The notes: generated by a model from the sequence alone, not told the origin. A stretch of DNA of 64,000 nucleotides from an uncultured Butyrivibrio sp. (GCA_964576255.1 CAZNUK010000001.1:61886-125885); one strand, 5' to 3'; shown: positions 20,957-30,110, counted from the stretch's first letter. A program made the numbers and translations.

Positions 20957-21752
20957 ATGCAATCACCTCTATTTTTTCATTAGTTTCTGTCAAAAGACTA
21001 TCAGTGGTAAACACTTTTTCTATAAGACCGCTTGTTAATACATCTCCCTTTAATATAGTGTTTTCACAGTGAGAAATGTACAGATAAATCTCTGCTGCAC
21101 CTAACTCTTTAAGCTTCTTGGCGCTATGGTAAAAGGTTCCGCCCATACTACAAATATCATCCACAATAAGAACTCTGCTACCCGCAATCAACTCGGTTGC
21201 CCCTGCAACATCAAGTCCGTTAATCTGTCCGGTGGTCCAGTCTCTTTTTTTGATGCCAAAAGCATAAGGCTTATCCGCAAGTGCTGAATACCTCTTCATG
21301 GCTCCCTCGTCAGGATAAAACATCATTATTTTATCCTCGCCTATTTTGGAAAGAACCTTAGCTATATTTTCCTTAGGAGTCTTAATAACAACTCTGTCAA
21401 TTAAGGCTTCGCTTACAGTTGAATGTGGGTCCAAAACAGTCACTGAAGCAAATCCAAGACCATTAATAATCTCAGCAAAATATTTTAGTGTAAATACATC
21501 CTCGTCTGTTTTGACTCTGTCCTGTCTTGCATTAGGAATGTATGGCATATTAAGGTGAATATGGCTAACTCCGTGTGCCTTCAAATGCTTTGTAAGGTAG
21601 ACAAGTGCCACCAGTTCGCCGTCATTTTCATACTTCCATGTAATATTTGCACTTAAATCTTCTTGAAAGTTCTTAGGAACATTTTCTTTGATAAGCAGGG
21701 AGCCGTCAGGAAAATGTCCAAGCTCAACTATTTTTCCGTTTAATTTAATCAT
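20949..21752 (-). CDS. short ribose-phosphate pyrophosphokinase-like protein (Prs/Adps-like)
   Basis: FPDG, PYIPNARQDR, DPHS, PDEGA, KKRD, IVDDICSMGGTF; 267 aa. Confidence 0.85.
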   Translation of the reverse strand: MIKLNGKIVELGHFPDGSLLIKENVPKNFQEDLSANITWKYENDGELVALVYLTKHLKAHGVSHIHLNMPYIPNARQDRVKTDEDVFTLKYFAEIINGLGFASVTVLDPHSTVSEALIDRVVIKTPKENIAKVLSKIGEDKIMMFYPDEGAMKRYSALADKPYAFGIKKRDWTTGQINGLDVAGATELIAGSRVLIVDDICSMGGTFYHSAKKLKELGAAEIYLYISHCENTILKGDVLTSGLIEKVFTTDSLLTETNEKIEVIAYE

Positions 21753-21753
21753 A

Positions 21754-22278
21754 TTATTTTACCTCAATCTGACACATCTTCATTGTGGTAAGAGCAGCCT
21801 CGTGGCTCTCTGGGGTTACACCTGCACAACAGGTAGCGTCTACGGCAATATTCATCTCAGGAAAATTTGCCTTTAAAAGTAATGCGTTAGAAACCACGCA
21901 GATATCTGTACAAAGTCCAATAAGCTCAACAGTAAAAGCTTTATCACCGGCTACTTTCCCAACAAGGCCCGGAAGGTCAACAGAACCGAAGGTTATTTTC
22001 TCTACTGTAGTATACTCCTTGTCATTAAGTGCGTCCATAACATCCCGGTTAAGCTCCCAACCCTCTGTGCCCTTAATGCAGTGTGGCACCGGAAGATTCT
22101 TGCCTTCATTGGTATCCATATAGTTTTCAAAATGAGTGTCGTAAGTAACAAAAATATCCCCTTCAAAATTCTTAATCTTGTTAACTACGTTAGGAACAAT
22201 GGCAACTGCCTCTTTGCTACCAAGCGCTCCGTCAACAAAATCCTTCTGCATATCTACAACAACTAAAATTTTCTTCAT
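21754..22278 (-). CDS. pncA: nicotinamidase (isochorismatase-family cysteine hydrolase)
   Basis: VVDMQKDF.DGAL, DTH, PHC, K.TFG, GLCTDICV; NAD operon context. Confidence 0.85.
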   Translation of the reverse strand: MKKILVVVDMQKDFVDGALGSKEAVAIVPNVVNKIKNFEGDIFVTYDTHFENYMDTNEGKNLPVPHCIKGTEGWELNRDVMDALNDKEYTTVEKITFGSVDLPGLVGKVAGDKAFTVELIGLCTDICVVSNALLLKANFPEMNIAVDATCCAGVTPESHEAALTTMKMCQIEVK

Positions 22279-22279
22279 A

Positions 22280-23107
22280 TTAATCATTCCTCTCTTTTCT
22301 CATAAACAACTTGGCAGGTCTGTGTCCTGCGCCTGTTACGTACTCTTCTGTTTCAACCACATAATCTGCTATTTTACGACGAAAGCTTGCAGGAAGAATG
22401 GTTGTGTCAAGAATCGCTTCCTGAACTCTCTGCATCGCCGTTAATGTGAATTTCTCCGGCATAAAATCAAATAAGAAATCGAAGCTTTCTGCATTCTTGC
22501 GTAATACAGTAAATGCGGTGGATATAATCTTTGCATGGTCAAAAGCCAACCCGCCGCTATGGATTATATCGAATTCTGTTTTCTTAAACCTTGTTCTCTT
22601 TTCCCTAAGAACTGCCTTCAAATTCTCCGTTTCAGACTTCAAACTAAGTTCAAAATCCCCCTCCGAATTCTTAACAAAGTAAATATCAAACCATTGTGCA
22701 TCCACAGCGTCGCCACCACTTATCGCCTTAACATCCTCTTCGCTGATGATAGATAGAAAGCCATTGGAGATTATTCGTCCACGAGGGTCCCTGTCCGGTT
22801 CACTAAACACTCCAAAATGCATCAATGCCGAAGGTGCTACGTTAGTCTCCTCTGTAATCTCACGAAAAGCACATTGCTCAATTGTCTCTTCTCCTCTGAG
22901 GAATCCACCTGGTAATGCCCAGGCATCCATAAAAGGATGTGCTCCACGCTTCGTTAATAATACGGAAAGATTACGCTCAGGATTGTGACGATAACTGTCC
23001 TTATCATCATCACGAATTGTAAATGTTACAATATCTGCTGTAACGGAAGGTCGCTCATATTTTTCTTGATTATATGTGGCTAAAAACTCTTCTTCTGTTA
23101 TCTTCAC
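22280..23107 (-). CDS. nrtR: Nudix-related transcriptional regulator
   Basis: PSVTAD, WALPGGF..E.......REITEET, F...DRDPRGR, LAFDH, FTL, FRRK, G.GHRPAKLF wHTH; GTG start. Confidence 0.9.
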   Translation of the reverse strand: MKITEEEFLATYNQEKYERPSVTADIVTFTIRDDDKDSYRHNPERNLSVLLTKRGAHPFMDAWALPGGFLRGEETIEQCAFREITEETNVAPSALMHFGVFSEPDRDPRGRIISNGFLSIISEEDVKAISGGDAVDAQWFDIYFVKNSEGDFELSLKSETENLKAVLREKRTRFKKTEFDIIHSGGLAFDHAKIISTAFTVLRKNAESFDFLFDFMPEKFTLTAMQRVQEAILDTTILPASFRRKIADYVVETEEYVTGAGHRPAKLFMRKERND

Positions 23108-23133
23108 ACCATCACCTCTCTGTTATTGATGTT

Positions 23134-23165
23134 TTGATATTATCACATTGTTAATATCAAGTCAA
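23134..23165 (-). promoter_or_regulatory. NAD operon promoter with overlapping palindrome (putative NrtR operator)
   Basis: TTGACT-17bp-TAATAT; TTGATATTA-N9-TAATATCAA at 23134-23160. Confidence 0.6.
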
Positions 23166-23188
23166 CTATTTTTTAAAAAAAATTGAAA

Positions 23189-23441
23189 GCTGCTGCGAAG
23201 AAAATTCGTAGTGGCTTTTTTGTGATAAAATTTCTTTTGCCGCTTCTGCATTCTAAGATTTCTTTATAGAAAAATGCCTTAATTTCTTGAAAGGACTTTT
23301 GGAGAGACATCAAATAATCACTATATCCAAAGGCCCTTTCTTAGAAATTAGTGCATTTTTCTATCGCAAATCGTGAGTGCAGAAGTGGCAAAAGAAATTT
23401 GCAAAATAACAGAAGCCACTACGAATTATTTTCGCAGCAGC
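23189..23441. repeat. 253-bp imperfect palindrome (arms of about 115-120 bp)
   Basis: GCTGCTGCGAA..AATTCGTAGTGGCTT..AAATTTCTTTTGCC.CTTCTGCA..ATAGAAAAATGC..TAATTTCT is mirrored in reverse complement. Confidence 0.9.
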
Positions 23442-23450
23442 CCCAATTAA

Positions 23451-24821
23451 TTAGTATTTAATTTTCACCATAAAAAAATTATCTGCATCTGCAATTTCCA
23501 ATTTAAACCTATGTAAATCCACAATCGTTTTTACAATACTTAATCCCAGTCCGGTTCCATGGTTACCCCTGCTAACATCTCCCTTTACAAAAGGCTCCAA
23601 AAGTTCCTCTGTTTTGCATGCAAACGGTACGTCGTAAGGATTGCTAAATACAATTTCCTTATTATCGATGGATATTTCCACCACTTCTCCTTTAGTAGTG
23701 TAGGCAATGGCATTATTAATAAGATTATCAAAAACTCTTTCCATTGATATTTTATTACACTCAATTGTTGCGTCCCCGGTAAGCTTAAATGTAAGAGCTT
23801 TTATTTCAATTTCTGACTTGTATTTTGCAATTATATCATTACAAATTTCCGCCAGATTAATTTGCGACTTTTGTAGTTCACCCTTTTTCTCCTGCAAACG
23901 TGACAGCTCCAGAATATTGGTAATAATGTCATTCATATAGCTGACATTCTCTTCAATTCCTTGTATATACAAATCTCTTTTTTCTGGAAAAAGATTAGCT
24001 TCAAGGTTTTCTACATATCCGGAAACTACTGTCAGCGGACTTTTCAAATCATGGGCAAGACTTGATGTTAACTTTTTCTGATATTCAAATTTTTCATAAC
24101 GCTTAAAATCTAGAATCGCAATAATGACAGCAATTAGAATACTCCCTACAAACAATCCAATATAAATCGGAATAAAACTTTCATAATATAAACTCCACAA
24201 ATCAAGGTCATACACATATATCAAAGAGAAGGTCTCCTCACCAACTGCATCATATGTATATTCATAGCATTTGTACTGCATAAAACCTTTTGTCTTCTCG
24301 TAATACACGCTATTAGAGCCGGTTGCATTAAATTCTTTTAAATTCGGGTCAAGATTTTCTGTAAGAATATCTTGGGAATAATCAGGTGCTTCGTAATAGC
24401 TGAATAAAGACACCTTCTCATCATTTAACCAATCAGATTCGTTAAAATCGGACATTGGACATGAATAGAAAGTCTTCAATAAATCAGGACAAATTATAAC
24501 CACGTCATCCTGTGGCAAGATGTGCTCCCCTGTGTCTCTTCTAATTAATGCTCCATTGTTTTTTCTAATGCTCAAGAAAAAAATCGCCTTATTAATACTT
24601 GCCTCTTTTTCCTCCTCTGTCACATCCTCAGAAATCCCGGCAATCACTTCCATATCCACATTTTTTTCCCAATTACCTGCTGAAAAAGTTGCACTCGCCT
24701 GTAACTCTTCCTCAAGATATTTTTGTTCAATAATAGTTGTTAATACTATGCCGATAATCACAGCAATAACCAGTAGCACTGCCCATCTTTTTATCAAAAA
24801 AGTAATAAATTTCCTCTTCAT
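23451..24821 (-). CDS. sensor histidine kinase
   Basis: 2 TM; AHDLKSPL H-box; NLINNA; GTGLGL. Confidence 0.92.
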   Translation of the reverse strand: MKRKFITFLIKRWAVLLVIAVIIGIVLTTIIEQKYLEEELQASATFSAGNWEKNVDMEVIAGISEDVTEEEKEASINKAIFFLSIRKNNGALIRRDTGEHILPQDDVVIICPDLLKTFYSCPMSDFNESDWLNDEKVSLFSYYEAPDYSQDILTENLDPNLKEFNATGSNSVYYEKTKGFMQYKCYEYTYDAVGEETFSLIYVYDLDLWSLYYESFIPIYIGLFVGSILIAVIIAILDFKRYEKFEYQKKLTSSLAHDLKSPLTVVSGYVENLEANLFPEKRDLYIQGIEENVSYMNDIITNILELSRLQEKKGELQKSQINLAEICNDIIAKYKSEIEIKALTFKLTGDATIECNKISMERVFDNLINNAIAYTTKGEVVEISIDNKEIVFSNPYDVPFACKTEELLEPFVKGDVSRGNHGTGLGLSIVKTIVDLHRFKLEIADADNFFMVKIKY

Positions 24822-24823
24822 AG

Positions 24824-25507
24824 TTATTTCCTTTCGGTGATTATATAACCTTTGGCAACAACGGTTTTTAATTGTTTTCCGCTGCTACCAAGTGCCTGGC
24901 GTAATTTTTTAATATGGTTGTCCACAACTCTGTCCGAGCCTTCATAATCATATCCCCAGATATGACTTAATATAACGTCTCGCTTTGCTACCTGTTCCTT
25001 GCGCTCCATAAGATATTTAAGAATCTCATATTCCTTTGGCGGAAGGGAAATAATCTCTTCCTTAACCTTCACAAGGCAAGTAGTTGGATTTAATGTAATG
25101 TCCCCACAGCTAAGCACGTTGCTACCGATTAAACCCTTGGAGCGTTTTAAAAGTGCCCACACCTTGACATATAATTCTTTTAGAGAAAAAGGCTTGGTTA
25201 CATAGTCATCACAGCCCAAATCATATCCACGAAGCATATCCTCTTCGTGAATTTTTGCAGTAATGAAAATAATTGGAACTGTACTTTTTTTGCGGATTTC
25301 CTGACAAATTGTATATCCATTAACTCCCGGCAACATTATGTCTAACAAAATTAAATCGTATTCCGTTTCATAGATTTTAAAGAGCCCCTCATCGCCGTTC
25401 TTTGCCGAAATTATTTCCAGTTCTCCATCGCTTTTTCCTATGAAAAAATCACTTATTGCCACTGTTATTTGTGGATTGTCTTCTACCAATAAAACTTTGT
25501 ACGCCAT
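24824..25507 (-). CDS. OmpR-family response regulator
   Basis: LLVED, LLDIMLP, DDYVTKPF, VDNHIKKLR. Confidence 0.93.
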   Translation of the reverse strand: MAYKVLLVEDNPQITVAISDFFIGKSDGELEIISAKNGDEGLFKIYETEYDLILLDIMLPGVNGYTICQEIRKKSTVPIIFITAKIHEEDMLRGYDLGCDDYVTKPFSLKELYVKVWALLKRSKGLIGSNVLSCGDITLNPTTCLVKVKEEIISLPPKEYEILKYLMERKEQVAKRDVILSHIWGYDYEGSDRVVDNHIKKLRQALGSSGKQLKTVVAKGYIITERK

Positions 25508-25634
25508 TTCATACCTCTTTTGTTGTTGCAATTGCTACTATCATAATAACACAAATATCTATCTTTTATGTGTTCTTTTAGCGCAGCAACCTCCCATTAA
25601 AAAAAATCCCCTAAGCTAGGGGATTTCAAATTTT

Positions 25635-26081
25635 TTAGTCTTTAACAGTAAAATGATTCTCTCCAATATAGAATTCTTCTACAGCTTGCTCAGTTGTAAA
25701 GAATGAATTATATTGAACTTCATATTCTTTTCCTTTAATAGAATATAGGATAGCCACTTTTTCATTATTACAATATACGTCTTGGTATATATAATCTTCT
25801 TCTCTCACTGTATATCCGATAAAAGCTTTCTTAACTGGCTTGAATCCATCAATACATTCCATTTCTTCTGGCGTAGTTATCGTATACCAATAAATGTCAT
25901 AATCCTCCAACTCAATACACGGATACTCAGCAAAACTTCCTGCTGCCATTTTAGATGTAAAGCCGTATTTTCCTGACATTAAAGCAGGTACTAATAATGT
26001 ACCTATAAGTAAAATCAATGTAATACAAATTATGGCTACCATTATTAGTGGTACCCCTCGTTTTACTTTTTGAATTCTCAT
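25635..26081 (-). CDS. hypothetical membrane-anchored protein, translationally coupled to rpn
   Basis: N-terminal TM; ATGA overlap with upstream stop. Confidence 0.55.
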   Translation of the reverse strand: MRIQKVKRGVPLIMVAIICITLILLIGTLLVPALMSGKYGFTSKMAAGSFAEYPCIELEDYDIYWYTITTPEEMECIDGFKPVKKAFIGYTVREEDYIYQDVYCNNEKVAILYSIKGKEYEVQYNSFFTTEQAVEEFYIGENHFTVKD

Positions 26082-27055
26082 CCACCTTTTCTTAGCCCTT
26101 CAATTTCTTTTTTGAGTCTTTCCATTTCAGATTTCATCCCCTCAACTTCTGCTTCCAAACTCTCCGCGCGTTGCCTGTATGTCTCTTTTTCAACTACTGC
26201 CTGCTCTTTTTCAACTACTGCCTGCTCTTTTTCAACTACCGCCTGCTCTTTTTCAACTACTGCCTGCTCTTTTTCAACTACCACTTGCTCAATTTCAGAT
26301 TCAAGCGCTTCTTTCTGTGCCAACAAGCGTTCCTTCTCCTGCTTAATATACTCCTCAAAGGCAAGGGCTTCCTTGCGTGCACGACACATATCACGAACCG
26401 CTTCTTCTTCGTTATATTCGTATACCATTTTTACCGCTGACTGCATTGCTGCATCTTCACCTGCACACATTCTTAATTCCTCCCATGTAGTAGATTTAAA
26501 CAGTCTTGCCCATCCGTCAATCTTGTAATATTTGTCCTCATCAGTAGCAATATCTGCTTGATTTAATTCTACCACCTTAAGTTTGAATTTACTAGTATAT
26601 ATTCTATTGGTTTTGACATTTGAAAGCATATATGTAGCACAAAATTCCGGTTCATCTGGGAACAATGTGAAATCTATAAATCCTATATGAACAGCACTGC
26701 ATACATTCTCGTAATCCTCACCCTTTTCCAAATTATCATAGTTGCGGCAAAGATAACTTAACGACCTCTCCGGCCAGTTTCCCCTATTCATTATCTGCAT
26801 TTCAAGATTAACAATTGTGTTGTTATTTAGTTTTATCTTTAAATCTAGAAAGAAATTTTTAGCCTCTAAACTTTTACCAATTTCCAGTGGATTGCATACC
26901 TCTATCTCCTTAATATCTTCAGATTCAAGGTGAAGTACGGCACATATAAGACCCTTAAGTGCGACCATATCTTTTTGAAAAACCATATGAAACATACAAT
27001 CATTGGTAAGTCCGTATGGAATATTTCCTGTTGCGTTAATTAAGTTATTATTCAT
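26078..27055 (-). CDS. Rpn-family PD-(D/E)XK nuclease / putative transposase (copy A)
   Basis: ND.MF..VF, LDL, NLEMQ, RSLSYL, IGFIDF, VVEL; coiled-coil tail. Confidence 0.88.
   Translation of the reverse strand: MNNNLINATGNIPYGLTNDCMFHMVFQKDMVALKGLICAVLHLESEDIKEIEVCNPLEIGKSLEAKNFFLDLKIKLNNNTIVNLEMQIMNRGNWPERSLSYLCRNYDNLEKGEDYENVCSAVHIGFIDFTLFPDEPEFCATYMLSNVKTNRIYTSKFKLKVVELNQADIATDEDKYYKIDGWARLFKSTTWEELRMCAGEDAAMQSAVKMVYEYNEEEAVRDMCRARKEALAFEEYIKQEKERLLAQKEALESEIEQVVVEKEQAVVEKEQAVVEKEQAVVEKEQAVVEKETYRQRAESLEAEVEGMKSEMERLKKEIEGLRKGG
26183..26283. repeat. 21-bp tandem repeat (about 4.8 copies) coding EKEQAVV heptads
   Basis: ctctttttcaactactgcctg units. Confidence 0.92.
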
Positions 27056-27217
27056 AAACGTATCCTCCCAAATATTTGTATTGCATGCAATAGATATCTT
27101 AGGGATAAGAATACGCCTTTATCAGACAATTTACAATGGCAATAACTACTGAATTTTGCAAGTGAATTTCTGTAATTATTCAGTGTCAACTTTTCATCTT
27201 AATTTTCTTAAGCAAAA

Positions 27218-27247
27218 AAGAACCCGTAGTATTTACTACGAGTTCTT
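27218..27247 (-). terminator. terminator after rpsR
   Basis: AAGAACCCGTAGTA-TT-TACTACGAGTTCTT with adjacent A tract. Confidence 0.7.
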
Positions 27248-27257
27248 AATTACTGAA

Positions 27258-27524
27258 TTAATCTAAAGTATATGGTAAGAGTGCAATATGTCTTGCTCTC
27301 TTAATAGCTACTGTAAGAGCTCTCTGATGCTTTGCACATGTACCGGTAATTATTCTAGGAAGAATTTTACCTCTCTCAGATACATATCTTTTTAATTTAT
27401 TAACATCCTTGTAGTCGATAACATTGTTAGCTGCATCGGCACAGAATACACAAACTTTTTTTCTTCTACGGCCCATTCTCTTTCTCATTGGAGAATCGCC
27501 CTTAGACTCTCTTGGATTAGACAT
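27258..27524 (-). CDS. rpsR: 30S ribosomal protein S18 (Zn-binding form)
   Basis: [30 protein letters not shown]. Confidence 0.96.
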   Translation of the reverse strand: MSNPRESKGDSPMRKRMGRRRKKVCVFCADAANNVIDYKDVNKLKRYVSERGKILPRIITGTCAKHQRALTVAIKRARHIALLPYTLD

Positions 27525-27554
27525 TAACATGACCTCCTTTATCAAAATCAAAAA

Positions 27555-27983
27555 TTAAAATGGTAAGCCTTCGTCCTCAACACCATCAGGGATGTTCATA
27601 AATCCATCTCCTGCTGCTTCAGGCTCCGGTCTTGCCTGTGAAAAACTACTGTTTCCTGATGCGTTCTTGCTTTCTGCAAATTCGCATTCCTCAATTACAA
27701 CGTCCGTTGTATAAACCTTAACTCCGTCCTTGTTCGTATAGCTTCCTGTCTGAATTCTTCCGGTAACGCATACCTTGGTTCCCTGCTTCAAATACTTCTC
27801 AGCAAATTCAGCGTTTCTATCAAAAGCAACACAGGAGATAAAATCTGCTGTCTGCTCTCCATCATTACGACGTCTTCTGTCTACTGCCAAAGTATATCTG
27901 GCGATAGTCATCTGTCTCTCTCCGGTGGAATAACGAACATCCGGATCTCTTGTCAATCTTCCCATTAAGATAACTTTATTCAT
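27555..27983 (-). CDS. ssb: single-stranded DNA-binding protein
   Basis: MNKVILMGRLTRDP...acidic LPF tail. Confidence 0.96.
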   Translation of the reverse strand: MNKVILMGRLTRDPDVRYSTGERQMTIARYTLAVDRRRRNDGEQTADFISCVAFDRNAEFAEKYLKQGTKVCVTGRIQTGSYTNKDGVKVYTTDVVIEECEFAESKNASGNSSFSQARPEPEAAGDGFMNIPDGVEDEGLPF

Positions 27984-28022
27984 ACTTGCCTCCATTCTCG
28001 GTTGTACATAACCGAACTAGAA

Positions 28023-28310
28023 TTACTCTTCTACTCTTACACACAAGTATCTAAGAACGTTGTCCATAATACGAAGCTGAGCTTCCATTTCAGCTGGGCA
28101 ATTAGCGTCAGCGTCAAAATGAATAAAATAATAGAAAGCATCATTCATCTTCTGAATCTCATAAGCTAATCTCTTCTTACCCTCTTCCTTAACTTCAGTG
28201 TTAGTACCACCGAAACGAGCGATAAGTTCTTTAACCTTCTCGATGACTGCTGCTCTCACATCGTCCTCTACAGTTGCGTTAACAACTACTGTTAATTCGT
28301 ACTTATTCAT
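28023..28310 (-). CDS. rpsF: 30S ribosomal protein S6
   Basis: MNKYEL, GKKRLAYEI, VLRYL. Confidence 0.96.
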   Translation of the reverse strand: MNKYELTVVVNATVEDDVRAAVIEKVKELIARFGGTNTEVKEEGKKRLAYEIQKMNDAFYYFIHFDADANCPAEMEAQLRIMDNVLRYLCVRVEE

Positions 28311-28319
28311 GCTTACTGC

Positions 28320-28366
28320 ACCTCCTTCTGGTCTTATGGCCCCTTTTACAAAAAAGGAGCAAGGAA
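28320..28366 (-). promoter_or_regulatory. probable S6:S18 ribosomal leader
   Basis: CCTTGCTCCTTTT..AAAAGGGCC..CCAGAAGGAGG stem sequestering the SD of rpsF. Confidence 0.5.
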
Positions 28367-28408
28367 TATAAATCTATATATCACGAAAAGTTATGATACC
28401 ACATAAAA

Positions 28409-28600
28409 TCAGCTTTTGCAAGTGTTTTTTCGTATTCCTCTGATATTTTTCTCCACAATTCTCCGTGCAATCATAACCTGGTGTTCGCAACCCATACATT
28501 TGAGTCTAAAATCCGCACCTACTCTTAATACTTCCCATTCCTGACTTCCGCATGGATGAGGTTTTTTCATTTTAATAATGTCATTAAGTTCGATATCCAT
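28409..28600 (-). CDS. DUF951 protein
   Basis: MKKPHPCGS..W...RVGADFRLKC.GC. Confidence 0.88.
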   Translation of the reverse strand: MDIELNDIIKMKKPHPCGSQEWEVLRVGADFRLKCMGCEHQVMIARRIVEKNIRGIRKNTCKS

Positions 28601-28670
28601 AATAATCTCCTTGAATTATTAACAGAAGTCGCGAACTTATGTCGCGACTTCTTAACTTGCATCAACGTTC

Positions 28671-29942
28671 TTAAGAATTATAATATTCGTTGCGATAAAT
28701 AGCTGATACATCTGATGCAACTCTCGCCTGTGTTGCAGCTGCGTCTGCTGCGGCAGAAGCTGCCTCTCTACGCATACGCTCTGCAGAAGCAGCGGCAGCG
28801 GCTGTATTTGCCGCAATCTGGGACTGCATATCAGCACTTCTTCTTGCCTGTGCTTCCATCTCAATCTGATGACGACGATTCATTTCCATTTCGTGTGCAC
28901 GGTCGGCATTTTCTTTCTTCGCCTTTTCGATTTCAAGATTAGCCTTTATTGCCTCTATTTCAAGAAGTTTTTTATTCTGCTCCATCGAATCATATTCATG
29001 AAGAGCCTCTTTAATACTGTCTGCACGACGACTTTCTATTAAATGAATAAGACAATCAATTATTTCAGTATTTTTGTCGCTCTCGGCTAAAACATCGGAA
29101 GCTTCAGCACTTGCAAGATAGGCTTTGGCTTTTTCCATAGCGGCATCACCACGGCTTATATGGTCGAGCCCCTCCTCCTTGAGTTCAGGCTTACGTTTTG
29201 CCCACCAGGCCTCCCACTCTTCTTTTTCTTTTACTTCATTAACCTTATTAAGCTCCGCATTATCAATATCCTTCTGCTTTTCAGCTGCAAGCACAGCCCT
29301 TTGCTTTCTATTATAAGCAGGGGGCAGCTTACTAATAATAAAAAATATAAGCTGGATAACAAAGCATATTAAAATAGTAGCAATCAAAGTTCCTAAATCA
29401 ATTAAAAGAAGATGCATACTTTTTGTCCAGTCGCACACAACTGCAAATAACACTCCGGTAACACCCAGCCATATAAACATGGTTCTTAAAAAGGTGCCTC
29501 TTTCATCTGAAGCAACTATATGTACCCATGAAAACATTGCAGTAACTAAAGGGAAGGCTGCTGCAACAAGTCCTGTAAGCACACGTTGTATAGTTTCTTC
29601 GTATTGATGCGGACTATTAAATATAAAACCATTGTTTTTGAAGGCTGCTATAAACAACATGACTGCGGCTGCCACCATAGCAAGACTGTACAGCCCAAGG
29701 AAAACCGCTTTGAATTTGCCGGTCTTTGAGAAAAACTCTTTCCAATGCTTTTTAAAACCTTCCCTTGCAATCTCTTCATTATTGGTAGGGAGCGGTTTAA
29801 AGACAAATTTTGCATTATCCATCTCCTGCTTGATTGCTCTACTTTTTTCCCACTCTTCATTTGCAAGCTCAGCATAGGCATCTGCCTCATTAAGGTCGTT
29901 TTTTAATTATTTTAATGCTTTAATATCCTCTTCTCTGCTCAT
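28671..29942 (-). pseudogene. membrane/coiled-coil protein with in-frame TAA at codon 12
   Basis: RBS AAAGGGG plus ATG at 29942: MSREEDIKALK*LKNDLNEADAYAELANEEWEKSRAIKQE, then in frame into ORF 28671..29822. Confidence 0.65.
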
Positions 29943-30110
29943 AACCAGTCCCCTTTCTAAAACACTTTTGTACTTATTTTATTGTATAGTACATATATAT
30001 ATTTTGTCAATAAAAGACACCTTGTGTGGTGTCTTTTCTACATGATAAAAACCAGCAACCCTTATGGTTACTGGTTTTCGTATTGCCACCTATTATGTGA
30101 CCAACTATAG

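Noticed and set aside
26183..26283. 21-bp direct repeats as a CRISPR array
   Set aside because: No spacers, in-frame coding heptads, and no cas genes in the window.
26078..27055. Rpn genes as classical IS elements
   Set aside because: No terminal inverted repeats or target duplications seen; transposition is not established for this family.
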